Source of the DNA: Octopus sinensis
Lineage: Eukaryota
Direction of reading: 5' to 3'
DNA: 64,000 nt
Assembly: GCF_006345805.1 (NCBI RefSeq)
Contig: NC_042998.1
Location: 74,710,001-74,774,000 of the forward strand
The translations under genes and the position numbers were made by a program. The notes beneath the pieces are model-generated. The model saw nothing but the letters and a program-made list of their open reading frames with translations. It searched no databases and was not told the DNA's origin. Positions 38,487-52,774 of this stretch are shown here, one piece after another (the stretch's first letter is position 1; each line of letters opens with the position of its first letter).

Positions 38487-38780
38487 TGAATATACATATA
38501 TACGAATACACATATATGTATATATGTACATATATATATCTATTACATATATGAAAAAAATATATATATACAAACATAATATGCACATATATATTTGTAT
38601 GTATATATGTGTGAGTGTCTGTATGTATGTACATAAACGCATACACATACACATATTGAACCACACATGTATGTATAGTGCAAAACATTTTGTCATAAAG
38701 AATCAATAATTCCAAAGAATTGAAGTCTATAAAAATTCACGGAAAGGCACGGGGAGTAAAGGGAACAGAAATACTGCGCA

Positions 38781-38812
<32 letters not shown>

Positions 38813-39959
38813 CTCATACATACATACATACACACACACGTGTGGTATGCTTTTGTTCAAGTGTATGTCTGTAAGAGTATGTGCATGGAAGAGACGGGGA
38901 GATGGTGAGTGAAAGTAAAAATAATGGTGAAGAGTAGTTATCAACAACGCATATACAATCAATTTCCTTGGTTTCATATTGGGGAGAATCTATTTTGTAG
39001 AGAATTTTATGGCAATTCTTAAAGTAGCAAAGATCATTTCAGAAAAGAGGAAAAGATCGTAGAGAGGCTAAGCTAATGATTTCGAACAAAAAGCATTGTA
39101 AAACTAGCAATATTTGTCAATATGGCACTCAGAAATTACTTGTTGGACAAAACAGGCAATAACATTTTGCAGCCTCTCATCGGTACTTCCATTTTTGTTG
39201 CGTTTCCAGGAATCTTTATGGAGAGCAATAAAGCAGATCTATATATTTTTTTAAATGCTGCAAATAAATATATAATACTCTCAGAAAGGAAAACAGTAGC
39301 CTGAAATATTACTCTATTATTCATGTATTAATTGTTTATTATTCTCAAGTTATTCAGCTGTAATATTGATTAGGTCTTTGAAAATATCGCTTCTAAGTGC
39401 AGCAAATGTTAAGTCATATTTATATATAGCACCAAACATAGTTTTGGTAAAAGACGGCGCTCTGTTTGAAATAATCAACTTTCAACAGTACATTTCATTT
39501 ACATACCAACTCTAATAATGGACTCTTTTTTTCTCTCTCCGCGAGAAAAAAAAAACAAACTATGCTCTTTCTCTTCATGCGTCTACTTCATTATCCTTCT
39601 ATTTCTTTTTTCTTACATCTCTCTTTGGTGTCTTTTATAATGTTTCTTCAAAGTCTTAATGTCACCAATGCATGCCTGTGATAATAGTTTTGCAGTTCTT
39701 TCTACACTAAAATAGATATTGGTTCAGGATGAAAGTATAAGCGTTCCCATCATTTCTCTTTCTATCGGCATTTTATCCAGCACTTTATATCCGATTTCAA
39801 ATCCCCTCGAGGGTGAATAATATAAGCACCAATCAAGGACTGGAGTCGATGTACTCGACTTTCCCCACTCGCCTTAAAATTGCTGGCTTTGTGCCAAAAT
39901 TTAAACATTATTATGTAAAGTGAATCCCGATTTAGTTAGAAGGTATTCTATCTCGAGGA

Positions 39960-41700
39960 TTGGTGACAGCAAGCCTCGACTCCAGAATTTTTCTGAGGAT
40001 TGTTGCTGAATACAGGATGGTACTCTTCTGCTCATCAATGCGTGTTTCAGTTCCATTAGGGTTGTTTTAAGTAGCATTATGTATGAAGTCAAGAGCACCG
40101 ATTACTACAAGAATAATTGTTGCTTTGGTCTTCCACAGCCTCCTTTGCTCTCTCGCTAGATCCTGATATTCCCTATTTATTTCCACTTCTTTGATATCAA
40201 CTCTGCTATCATTGGGAATGCATAGTTTTATGATATACTATTAGTTTATTTTGTCCTCTATAATCATGTCTGTTCTTGCCTCAATAGTATGGTCAGTCTT
40301 AATTACAAGATCTTGTAATTCTCATTTTCTTGTACAGTCTCTGCTTCGCGTTCATACCACTTTTCTGTTGTTTTGAAGTCACATACTCGAGTAACATCCC
40401 AATGCACGTTTTGCCTACTTAGTCATGTCTGCGCTTATGTTCCTTTTGTATACTGTACACACTCAATATGTGTTTGATACTCTCTTCTCCTAGCTTGCAG
40501 ATTCTATATTTTTGTGTCTGAGTTTTTGTCAATCTTTGCTTTAACAGATTTGTTCTGAGCGGCTACCATTAGCGTCACTGTCTTTCGCTTCAATCTCCAA
40601 GGTAGTAGTTTGGGTGTAGTGACAAGTTCACCGATAACCACAGAAATAGTTATCGCCTTTGTCTTCCACAATTTCTTCATCTCACTTGATGAGCTGTATT
40701 CTTTTCTTTCCAACTGTCTGACCAAGCGTTCTTATGCTCTTAAATTCTTCTACAGCTTCAGTAAGTCCTGGATATTTCTAGCCGCAGACACTATCTTTTA
40801 TTAAACATGTTCGACAGTTTTTCAAGCCCAATATCACAGTACTAAAACTGCCTTTTGCATTTAACAAGCCCCTGTCCCGCTTCCTGTCTTGGTAGGTAGA
40901 GCGCATTCCTATTACTGTTAAAGTGTTGCGCGCTGTGTATTGTTAGCAACTGTCTAGTTCTTCCTGTTCCTGAAGCTCTCTACGTGTCCATTAAAAAAAA
41001 GAAGAAAACTTTCTTAATACTCTCATGGCTCAAGTATTTGTAGCTTTGATATTTCCTGCAATTATTTTGTTTAGAAAATATTCCAAATTTCTGTCTTGAT
41101 CATTTTGAAAACTTTCTATTTCCATTACTGTAACATCCCTTAGCAATAGTATTCCTCATTGTTTCTCAGCAATCTGATGACACTGTCTTGTAATTTTTTC
41201 TCTCTAAATTGATCTTCCATCCTCTCTTTATAATGAGGCAATTATGTGTGCATAAAAACTGCACTTATACTTACCTAAAACTCCATGCGAGATATACTTA
41301 TTATTTAATTTAGAGAATCCAAGTCTTTCATTTTTTATATACAGTTGGTGGACATCCTTATAGAGCATGTATTAATTTTGCATCTTGGTTTTGACAAGTT
41401 CATAGGCAAGCATGAATTTTCTCAGTATACTTGTCAGGAGGATTAAGACAATGATGAAAAATAATGGCGAGACCGAGTTTCCCTGGAATATCTTCCTGCA
41501 TATTTCCACGTTTCCTTATGATTCGTTTCTGCATGTTAATTTTACTCCACATGACCGCATTGCTTCTTCCAAAAACCTCTTTATCTTCACATGGGCCCCG
41601 AAAGTCCTCAGGCACTCTTAAGAACCAGCACTGTAGAACATTGTCTTACGCTTTCTTATAATCTGTCTAACAAACAGCTAAGATATTTTTTATTGTTGCC
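39960..41700 (-). mobile_element. Decayed, rearranged R4/Dong-like LINE fragments
   Basis: EMKKLWKTKAITISVVIGEL and YQDLAREQRRLWKTKATIILVVIGAL (two endonuclease C-termini), LMVAAQN, RRHD and STILYSATILRKIL; the upstream part is only weakly RT-like. Confidence 0.6.
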
Positions 41701-41845
41701 TCACTAAGTATCATGCCTTTCATCCCATTTGTACCCAGGAGTCAACCTAATGGACTTAATTTGCACTCGAAATTACTGGCCTTGTGCCAAAATTTGAAAA
41801 CTTTATCATTATCATCATCATTATTATTATTATACTCACCAACAG

Positions 41846-41923
<78 letters not shown>

Positions 41924-43956
41924 TGTGTGTGTGTGTGTTGTGTGTGTGTGTGTATGTATGTGTGTGTGTGTATATATATACACAGAAAGAGAGGATGAAG
42001 GAGAAGGAGATGTTGATAGGAGGAGAAAGCGCTCCAGTTAGTAAATACATATGTCTCTGTGCACTCAACTCTATTAATGCCTGCAGCTCTATTTCGTACA
42101 AACTCCAATGAAATAAACTAAACTAAATTGAAGATAAAAATAATTTTCCCATATACTTCACATGACCCGGTTTGGTATATGCTGGGACAACAATTTATGA
42201 GATGAGATGAGATTTTATGCATTTAGAAAGTTACGTGTTTTTATTTAGAGAAAAAGATGTTTAAATGTTTAAACCGAATGATTTCATTTATAACTTAAAA
42301 ATAACAAAATGATTTGACGTTTTTCTTTCATGAAGACGACTACATGGAATCGACATTAGATAAATAACAATAAAATGTTTATAAGAAATCAGTTGGAAAC
42401 CGAAAGCTGTCGTAATGTTTCCAGATGAATCGCGTCCAACAGTAATTTTCGTTTCCCATTTGAAAGCTTTAAATCTTTTTATGATTTTGCAATACTTAAA
42501 GATATGAACACTCTGGTTTCTCTCTTTGAAGTACATAACATTAATCATCCATTTATAAATAAACAGATTACGGAAAATCAAGTATAAAATTTAGACATTT
42601 GGTGTTTCGCTATATTTACTTATCTGAGTGAAATTAATAACTCATCATATTTATAGCTAAAGTCGAGAGAGTAGAGAGATTGAATCATGCCTGGTCAGCC
42701 AAATTCTCCATGTAGTTTCAATTCCTGATTGCAACCCTCAGATCTATTCAATTTGGCGGTGTTACAGCATGGATTTAGCTTGGCTAAAACAAAGCAGAGA
42801 ACGAAATCTGACAAGAACAGTAAAATATAACATTTTGCCTACTTTCAAATCTTAAGTTTACACTCATCTTAAGGACAATATACTCAATGCTTATCGTTTC
42901 GAAACATATATTTCTCTAATTCTGTCGTCAGGTCTTCATATTTCTCGTAGATGAAACTAAAGTTTTGTGAGTTCTAGATGATAAACATGAGGCACGGGTT
43001 TGATGCATACACTGCTAGACGACACTGCAATCTCTCGAAATTTGAAAAACAAACGTTCTGGTTGACTGGCTTTTTAAAAGATAAACACTTGAAAAAATAT
43101 AATAATGAAACAGTTCTTTTCTTTATGACTATGGACTACGTTATCTAACGTGTCTTAATTCAAAAGAGAAGTGTGATTTTATGGAGACTTGGCTACTCTT
43201 TGTCAAGTGACCGTATAAAACCACCTCTGTTGAGTTGTAGCTGCACCCCCAGTAATTCCTATGAGACAGCGCCATAGATAGGCTTTGCGAGTGATAAAAA
43301 ATTAAACTGTTCGTTAACTATGTTACTTTCATCAAGTCACCACCTCTTTCAACCTATTATATGTAATCCATAACGATTATTCGTGGCATTTATTAATCAT
43401 TTGCAGCGATTAAATTTGACACAGACTGGACAGCATCATTGAAATCTTAAGGCAAATAAATCTACTGCTTACTTTGAAACTGAATTAATTGTTAGGAAGA
43501 TTAGATTAACACTTTCGCGCGTTTCATCGTTAGAAGTAAATATTTTAATAGTTGCAATAACTGTTGTTAATACACACACGCGCGCACCATCCCCACACGA
43601 ACTTACACACAATACATACATGCACGCAAGCACACATATATACATACATTATTCATTAATACATATCTGTATCATCTATCATCTTACCTATATTAACATT
43701 ACTAATAATATTACAACTGCTGTTGTAGCTGCTACTACTATTACTTTAACTTAAATCAATATATTAAGTAGTCAAGACGCCTTTTACTATTCAAGAGAAG
43801 TTCGTTCGAGATATAACCGCATAAGTATATTTTAATTGTTTATATAATTAAATAGAAGAGGCAAATAGTAACCAGACAGAACGAATTAAGCAGATACACA
43901 GGCTAGACAGAAAGGTAGTATAAGAAGTGTCATCATTATATCTAGATATTTATATG

Positions 43957-43988
<32 letters not shown>

Positions 43989-44204
43989 ATTATTATATAT
44001 ATATATATAATATATATACAGAGAGAGAGAAAGAAGAGAGAGGGCGGGCGGTTCGTGTTGCGTGCAGTACCTTGATCTTTCAACGATATATATATATTCC
44101 ACTTAATATTTAATATTTGAATGGTACATTTATTTAACTGTGTTATATATAATGGTATATATATATGTTAAGAATTTCAAAACATTTATATTTATTTATG
44201 TATT

Positions 44205-44214
44205 GTTGTCGTTG

Positions 44215-44255
<41 letters not shown>

Positions 44256-44490
44256 TATTATTATTATTATTATTATTAAGTGAGAGAACAACGTATGCCA
44301 TGAAAGTGAGATTGATGTACAAATATACAAAGCCCAATATACCCATAATAACTACCCGTCTGATATGAGTACTCCAGGTACAAACATATGTGCGCGACGT
44401 GCTGATCTCGTATCAAGATAAACAGCATGACATTGCAGGTGGGGTTCAGTTAGAATTTTTTTCAGATCGTGTAGTCCAGCCTGCTTAAGT
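44205..44490 (-). mobile_element. 3' end of a non-LTR retroelement with a (TAA)n tail
   Basis: Unique sequence ...ttctctcactt abuts a long (AAT)n on the minus strand; the family resembles a recalled octopus repeat and is not verified. Confidence 0.45.
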
Positions 44491-45050
44491 AGAAAGTGAG
44501 ATAAAAATTTTATAGATGAGTATTATATTTAATGAGATCCTTGAGGTGTTTTGTCTTGTTTTGTATTTTTTCCTTTCTAAATACACAATGCTCAGTTCAA
44601 TGTCACCGAGCTTAATTTTTTTTGTATCGCCCCTTTTCATATAATCCATTTCTTAATTTATTAATTTCTTCTCTACATTCACTCCAGTTTCAACTATATA
44701 TACATTCGAAGAACAAATAATAATTTTGGCAGTTTTGGTCTATACTCTTGGATATAGAGCTTTATAGTATTTTAATGACCATAATTCAGTTTATCATACA
44801 ACTTTATCATACATCTCTTTTAATTCATAATAATGTCGTTATGGAATTTATTCTTTTTGAATACGGTTATGGAATTTATTATTCTTCAGCAGCAGAAACG
44901 CCACAATTTACTGGATCTATCCTCTAAAGCTGTACTTCAAAGGAATGTAAATCTGAGACGCTTTTGTTCATATCAGTTTTTAACGATAACAGGAATCCAG
45001 AATACGCTTCAGGATCTCTTTTCTAAAGTGAAAAACATAGTTGAAGTATA

Positions 45051-45216
45051 TTATTTACATTTGACGGATATTTAACCTTATCTTGTTTGTTGTTAACACA
45101 ACGTTTCGGCGGGGTTAGTAGCTCTTAACCACTACGCATATGCCCACGGGATAGGACGTAGTGGTTAAGAGCGCGGCTACTAATCTCAAAATTTCAAGTT
45201 CGATTCGAGGCAGTGA

Positions 45217-45248
<32 letters not shown>

Positions 45249-45291
45249 TAATAATAATAATATAATAATAATAATAATAATAATAATAACG

Positions 45292-45353
<62 letters not shown>

Positions 45354-45369
45354 GATAATAATAATAATA

Positions 45370-45404
<35 letters not shown>

Positions 45405-45593
45405 GTAACATCAACAAATATCTTAGGAATAAGAACCCAGGTTCGAAATTTCCCCAAGACACCTGATGAAGGCTGGAGGGTATATCAGCCGAAACGTTGT
45501 GTTAACAGCAAACAAGATGAGGACACTTATCCGTCAAATGTACATAATGTAAATAATGTACATAATTCCTCATCTCTTAAATATAGAACTGTA
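45051..45593 (+). mobile_element. tRNA-headed, hammerhead-tailed SINE-like element with an inverted, internally deleted partner copy
   Basis: A-box-like TAGTGGTTAAG (45159-45169), B-box-like GTTCGATTC (45198-45206), (AAT)n, HHR at 45458-45503. 45051-45145 on the minus strand is head fragment joined to tail fragment of the same element. Confidence 0.8.
45458..45503 (+). ncRNA. Type I hammerhead ribozyme, canonical core
   Basis: gacac CUGAUGA A GGCUG-GAGGGUAUAU-CAGCC GAAAC GUU ^ guguu. Confidence 0.85.
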
Positions 45594-45594
45594 T

Positions 45595-46400
45595 AGTTGA
45601 AGTGTGCTGGGAAATATTTTTTTAAGTAAACTGATTTGAAATTTTTCTAATCTTTCAGTAAATCCTTTCAAAAGATTTTTAGAACCAATCAACGTATTGA
45701 ATTTTCCCTGAAGTTGATGTGATACCTCATTAAACTTTCGAAATATGGAAGCTAGATAAGTTACTTTTAACTTTTGAAATCTCTTTAGTAATATCTTCAT
45801 ACACTTCGTATTCTAGAGTGTTAACTATGGTGTAAAAAGGTTTATAACACTTGCTAAGCAGTTTCCTCTGGAGAGCCATCAGACTTTCATATGTAAGAGC
45901 AGTCTTATATATTTGTTTATATATATTGATTATAATGTTCAGTAAAAAATGATCCTGAATAGGTGATCGCATTTACTATGCGATTTTATTTCATTGCAAT
46001 ATCTTTAACATGTGAATGTTTTAAAATAAGTCTCATGGTCCCATGCTTTTACTCCTAGATTGTAATTATGAACACTTTAATGCAACGCCATAATTTCAAG
46101 ATATAACTTTAATGCTACAGGGCATTTTGCTTTCCAATCATTGAGGTAACGTCATCAGTTGAAATCGATATCATATTTTCTAATAGAGCTCTAGTTTTTA
46201 ATGAAAATAGACCCTAAAGTAATAAAAAGTATTTACTAATATTCTCATATTCTAGGTATTTCCCAAATAATATAGAAAAGACATTCTGTTTCAGAGAGTT
46301 AAGCTGGAGAATGGACTATATTCTAGTATGAGCCACTGGGTGGTTCAAGCTTACCGAACTCATTCACTCAGTTTAAAGTAAATGATTTTGTCCACGAATT
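45595..46400 (-). pseudogene. hAT (Charlie/Buster-like) transposase remnant
   Basis: LLLHMKV*WLSRGNCLA (cf. LLLHTEVRWLSRG) followed by KVTYLASIFRKFNEVSHQLQGK (cf. LAYL-DIF--LN-LN--LQG). Termini not identified. Confidence 0.8.
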
Positions 46401-47869
46401 AGATCTTACAAAGGTCTCAATAGTATTTTCAGGGTCCAAGACGAATAAATGGGACTAACTCTGAAGACAACATATTTTCTTCAACATATGGAAGCTGACT
46501 TTGTTTAATGTTATAACGTTAATGTAATGTGATGTGAATGCGAATAAGGCAAATGGCAATTTTCATTGACAGCTTGAAAGTGAGGTTAGGTTAAATATCT
46601 GTCTTTTATTGGCTCATTACTTTACAATCTTGTTCCCTTGTTGCAGTCTTGTAATATATCCACTAGGTATATGTGGCATACAGGCTTTATACGAAATTAA
46701 CTTGATTTCATCGTAAAATGTCTTGCAGGTGCTACTTCAAATTTGAATTAAAAGAATGCCTTGAAACAAAGAATTAAAACTATCGGTATATTCCCTAAAA
46801 TGCCAAAAGTGGATAATTTCGTGCTCCTGACCTGTGGTGCTTAGTGATTAAAGTTGACGTGTTAGATAAAAGTGTTGTATTAGCAATCAGAGTGCCAAAC
46901 GTCCCCTAAAATTTTCTTCACCTTTACAAAAGCCAACTATATTGCAGACTGGTGTAATCATATTGGTATAAAATCACTAAATATACTGGCAACAACAACT
47001 TCATCTCAAATACGGTTAAGCATCAGAAAATACTTCAGTACTCATCTGTTGCCAACCTTTTACAAAACTGAAATATTATCTCCCTTGATATATACCTGTG
47101 ACACTTGCGATAGTATTGCTTTTCAATTATTGACAACGATTAATTTATCAATACCCTAAAATATCCATCTCAGACACCGTTTTTTCTCTATTGCCCATCT
47201 ATTGCTACACTATCAAACTCTATTTTTCTAAACTAGCTATTGAAATCTCTCTCCACGTAGCACTCCATGACAATATCTCTCCATCATTGTCATCCGTATA
47301 AAAAGCATTGCCCTATAGCAGCAATGCTTTTCAGTTTCTGAGAAAGCCAAACTATATTATGGGCACAGATCCTACTTCTTCAAATGTGCCATAAAATAGT
47401 GGTTTAGTGAGAATGTATTTCAATGGTGGGTATTCCAATTCCTCAAGACGAAAAAACAGACAATACTTAAAAATATTATTTAAGAATGAGGCTCATTTGT
47501 GGTAGACCTAAAAAAGAGGAAAAGTAGGAGTAGTTGATAATCGATGTATACCACGTTGGATGCAGACATGGCAAAGTTGTTGAGAAGATTACTTTGCAAT
47601 CAGAAGATCCAGGTTTTTGATCTCACAGTATAGCATCTTAGGCCAGTGTCTTCTTCTATAATCTCATATTTACCAAATATTTTGAGTAAAATTAAGGCGA
47701 AAATTCGGTAGATGTTCACCGAATTGATTGTAAATGTAACTGAAACATTCAGCCTTATCACGTATTGTATCACTTTGATCATGCTTGAAGCATGTGTCAC
47801 GTGTCTATCGAATACTCATCTAACTACACGTTAATTTAACCGAACAATTCAGTTCATCGAATAAGTGAA

Positions 47870-48090
47870 ACTTACTGTTTTAATGGCAGTCAAGTTTAAT
47901 AGCACAATTTTAATAAGTCATTATTTAAATGGCGTACTGATTTAATGGTGTACTGTTTTAATGGCGTACTATTTTAATAAAACATTGTCTAAATAGTGTA
48001 TTAATTCAATAGTGTATTGTTTCAATTGTAGATTGTTTTGATAATGCGCATTTTTAATAATGTACCGTGTTGTAAGTGTACCGTGTAAAA
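47870..48090. repeat. Degenerate ~16-bp minisatellite (ttttaatggcgtactg-like)
   Basis: Recurrent ttaatggcgtact / ttaatagtgtatt units. Confidence 0.7.
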
Positions 48091-48109
48091 GGTTTACTCT
48101 TTTAATGAT

Positions 48110-48480
48110 TTATCTTTTATCTTTCTTTTACTTAATCACTCCTTTGACTGCGGTCATTGTGGAGTATCAACTTCAATGGTTTAGTCGAACAAATCAACTC
48201 AAGGTCTTATCATTTAAACCTAATATCTATTCTGTTGGTTCTTTTGCCGAACTGCTAGGTTACGAGGACATTAACAAACACCTGCTGTCCAGCGGTGGAG
48301 AGCGTACACAAACACAAACATATACCAATATGACGTGCTTTCATGTATCTTCGCGCATTCAAATTCATTCATAAGATTGGTCAGCTCAGGACTACAGCAG
48401 AAGACACTTACTCAAGATACCACGTAGTGGGACTGAACCTGAAACCATGTAGTCGCAAAGCTAGTTTCTTAAGCACACAG
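48110..48480 (-). mobile_element. SINE family A, decayed
   Basis: ttactt...tgactgcggtcattgtggag...cttttgccgaactgctagg...gtagtgggactgaacctgaaaccatgt. Confidence 0.7.
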
Positions 48481-50045
48481 TTTTTGCCCTAGATTAGCTA
48501 TTTTGCTGTTTAGTCCGAGTTAACTCTAATATTGCTAGCCTATGATGAAAATATCTCACCCTTGAACATCACTGCTTATGTGGTTTTCAAACAAACTGCA
48601 TCTGGAACCACACTATCCAACGCATTTTCCTTCTTTTAAGTTCTAAAACGTGTTTTTAGATAGGTTTAACTGTTATTTCTTGTAAGTGAAGTGACCACGT
48701 GATTTCTGCTTCGTTTTCTTGGAGGGTAAGTATATTCGTATATGTAACTATGTTTGTGTAAGCACGTATATGTGTGACGTGATGCAAGAGTTTATATCTC
48801 AAGTAGATAATTCTTCCAAATGGGCAATTCTTCCAAATGGCACTTACCTATTCGGTAAGTTGTAGTATATATGTTAGTACATATGTCTGTGAGAGAGAAA
48901 ATCAGTTGTTTGGAAGCAGGTTTCAATACTTAAGCAACACTTACAGGTAATATATTTTTCAAGAAATGTAACATTGTAGAAGAATTTATAAGAACGAAGA
49001 AAGAATACATTAGGATTGAGTATGTTTATGATAGACATAACAGCTGGTAAAATGTTGAATAGAATCAATTGTTCTGTTTAGATTAACGTTTGGGCAAGCT
49101 TTGAAACAGATATTTACATCGCTTGCCTATTGTTTATAATAGAATTTCTTCATTATTAGAAGAAATAATGTTTAGGTACTTTTAAATGATTCTGATACAA
49201 CAGACCGACTAAACCATTTATGTTTACAGGATTTAATTTCTGCAGTAATATATCTTCTATAGCATCTAATTTAATAAAGATTTACAGCTGATTAACAACA
49301 CTACATATTAGAGCGGCGAAATGACAAGACAGCTTTTAACTTTCTCTGACGTGTTCTCAATACTCCATTTAGGTATTAAAATTTCAAAATTTGGATTTCA
49401 AAGAATATTTAGGTCAATGGATAATGTCAAAGGACGAAAGATATTCATCTAAGAAAATAATTTATTTTATGGCATTGATAGATGTGTTTTTTTTTTTTTA
49501 CTTATTTCCTACTCCAAAAGAGACGCCGATTCAGGGTAAATGTTTCTTTCTAAATAAACAAGGTATAAATTTAACTGTGTACAAAAATAACTTCGTGGTA
49601 GTGAGAGTGAGCAATAGATTTCGACTTCACAAAGATTCCTTACATTACATAATATATAGTATTACATAGGGAGGAGATGCCATGATAATATTTTATCAAA
49701 CGTTCATACCCAATGGATAATCAGTCTCAGAAAATTTCTCTTGGTTTTATTTTACATTTTATCTTCAAAGTAGTACCTCTGTGGATACTACTGATGGTGC
49801 ATAGCATAAATGATACAGTCTAGATCAACAGTAGAGAACTTGTTCTAAATTAAATGATTCGCCACATTAATATTTTCTTCAACTTACCTTGCACAGGTTT
49901 TTCTTTAGAACGTTGCGTGTGCGTGTATGAAACGTTCAGGTGTGCGGCAATAAAGAGAGCATCATAATGAAAGGTATTTGCTCTGGGGTTTTAACTCGGA
50001 TAAACAGGTTCTTTTTATAAACGTTGTTTACTAAAAGATATCGAG

Positions 50046-50093
50046 CCAATCTCCAAGTGACGTCAGTGGCAGGCCGCTGACATCATTTGGAGA
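50046..50093. promoter_or_regulatory. CCAAT box adjacent to a 21-bp-arm hairpin holding a perfect CRE (TGACGTCA) and a near-CRE
   Basis: CCAAT 50046-50050; arms 50050-50070 and 50073-50093 are complementary at 18 of 21 positions; TGACGTCA at 50058-50065. Function not shown. Confidence 0.3.
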
Positions 50094-50963
50094 AAGTTTC
50101 TGAGAGGGGAAATTGAGATTTGCGACTGTAAGAAAGGTGGCAGATTCTATGAATATGTCAGTTTGAATTTGAACAAAAAGTTATAAAATGATTTCAAAAG
50201 CTAATAAGACCAAAATATTAAAACTGGGATAAGGAGTTCGGCAAGAAAACAAGGTTCGCAGTTTAATAACATAGTATGACGAAAGCAAATTCTACTAATT
50301 TTCCTGTACAAGACAAATACGTCTGTGACACAACAAAATTGAACCAACGGAATTTTTTGCAAAGAACAGCTAAACATGGAGAAATGGAAGTGGTGGTACA
50401 GGGGAGCAGTTTGGACCTCAGAAAAATCAGAATTAAATTTCCTGAAAATATAATCAAAAGGCCCAAAATACTATCAATCACATGACAAATGTCTATTACC
50501 CATTGCAATGTAGGAACTGATATGAAGAACATACTTTTTCAAGAATATGGGTTCTTATGTCATACAAACAAACAAAAAAAACTCGTAGAAACTTATCTCT
50601 GAAGAGGTTGCACTAAAACCTGATTTTTAGTTTCATGCAACGGAGATTGGATAACATGAATAAATCTGTCATTGTTAAAGGAATGAAATTTATACCTAAT
50701 CAAGCAAAAGCCGTAATATAAGCTAAATTAAACCTAGCTTCATTTGAATAGTTTTACATTAAGCTATTACAAGCTGATATTAAGTGTATCAGAGCGGTTA
50801 AAATGTTGCTGTAAGTATTGCTATTATTGTATTTTGTTCGACTCACAACTTGTTTGGAGATCTGTGTACTTACTGCTGAATCTCTGAAGCAAGCCAGAGA
50901 CTCGAAATAAAATATTATTAATCACTATTATTGGATTAACTGCTTTTTTTCCCGACCGTCAAC

Positions 50964-50996
<33 letters not shown>

Positions 50997-51324
50997 ATAT
51001 ATATATGTATATGTGTGTGTGTGTGTGTGGTGTGTGTGTGTGTGTGTGGTGTGTGTGTGAACCAAACTGTTTTTGTCCATATATGTAACTCCCAACAATG
51101 TGTTGAGTGGCCTTTTTGCGTTTGTCTGCTCACTCATATATATATACATATATATATACATATACATACATACATACATACATACGCATACATACATATA
51201 CATACATACATATACATACATACATATACATACGTGCATACATATAAGTACAAACATAATATGCGTATATGTAAGTATCACACATACACACACAAAAACA
51301 CACACTCACGCACACATACTACAG

Positions 51325-51495
51325 CCAGTTGGCAAAATCGTTAGCCTGCCAGGCGAAATGCTTAGCGGTTTGATGGCCGCCTTTACGTTCTGTGTTCAAA
51401 TTCTGCCGGGACCGACTTTGCTTTTCATCTTTTCCGAGTCCTTAATAGAAGTACTGATTGATCAATGGGATAGATATAATCGACTTAACTACCCG
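51325..51495 (+). mobile_element. SINE family B copy
   Basis: ttggcaaaatcgttagcctgccaggcgaaatgcttagcgg...gttcaaattctgcc. Confidence 0.75.
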
Positions 51496-51704
51496 TTGGT
51501 ATGAGTATAAGTGTAAAAACAAACTGCAGCCCTCTGTCGAACAAGTGTAGCAGAGTAGGATCATCAAACCAGTGTGATCTGATGCTCCTATTCAAGGTCT
51601 GTACATCGGACCATAGTTGGTGGAGAGAACATGCTGATGTCTTCAGCTGGCAGTGGAATGGGTATGGGCAGTCCAAGCCACCTATCTATCTATCGTCTAT
51701 TTGT

Positions 51705-52600
51705 CTACCTTATTCTTTTAGTCTTTTATTCTTTTAATCGTTTCAGCCATGCGGCTGTGGTCATGCTGATTTTCTCAGTTTGGAGTGTTTCACATCACCA
51801 CTCGTGTATGTGCCTTTGTCCCATCAGTTGAGCCATTTGGTGTATAAGGGAGTTTGCTTCCGCTACCCTAGTTTGCACCTCATGTCAGGCAGTTGGTTCA
51901 TCCGGTATTGTGGAAAGAAGGATATCTAGTTCCTTTTTGAAGACGCCTACTTCCACCTTATGCAGATTTCTTATTTTTGTGGCAGAGTATTGAAGAGCTG
52001 TGGGCCTTTAAACCTTAGACTACTGCAGTACCTGGTCCTGAATTTATATCGAGTGGATGGTACCTTTGGTACAATACAATGGCCGCCAGTTCTGGCATTT
52101 GTATTATACTCAATGCCGAAATTAGGTAGAAGCCTTTCTAGAGTTTTCTACATGTAGCTTATTGTATATCTGCCCCAAGGAGAAAAGAAGCAGATTTCTC
52201 AGCCAATCCTTCTAGCTCATCTGCTGCACTGTTTCAAACTTTTTAAAGCAGTAGCGTTGGACAGCTTCAAACTCCGCTGTTAGTTTGACACTATGTGATA
52301 ACCATAGCCGAGCAATTTTCCAGGTGGCTGAGAACAAAGGTTCTACACAGGGTCAACATAGTTTCTTGTTCTCTTGTCTTGAAGGACCTCAGTAGCCATC
52401 CTGCCAGTTGTCTGTACTTTGCTGCCATCTTGGTAATGTGCATATAAAATGATGCGTCATTATTCATAATTTTCACCAAGTCTTTCATTGCCTGTGAATA
52501 GGAGATTGTAGTGCCATCGGGTCTTGTAAATATAGGCTGTAGTGCATCCGTAAGTTGAGAGCGAAGTGCTTGAAATTGTCCAGCATTAAACTGCATGTTG
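51705..52600 (-). mobile_element. CR1/L2-group LINE 3' fragment, including UTR and tail
   Basis: MKDLVKIMNNDASFYMHI...RQLAGWLLRSFKTRE..TMLTL...VLSHLENCS, then LRFKGPQLFNTLPQ...VEVGVFKKELDILLSTIPDEP; tail agcatgaccacagccgcatggctgaaacgattaaaagaataaaag. Confidence 0.8.
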
Positions 52601-52743
52601 TTTATTATTTCTTCCTCTCTATCTCCCTCTCTGTATACATACATACATACATACATACATACATACATACATACATACATACATACATACATACATACAT
52701 TCATACATTCATACATACATACATACATACATACATACATACA

Positions 52744-52774
<31 letters not shown>

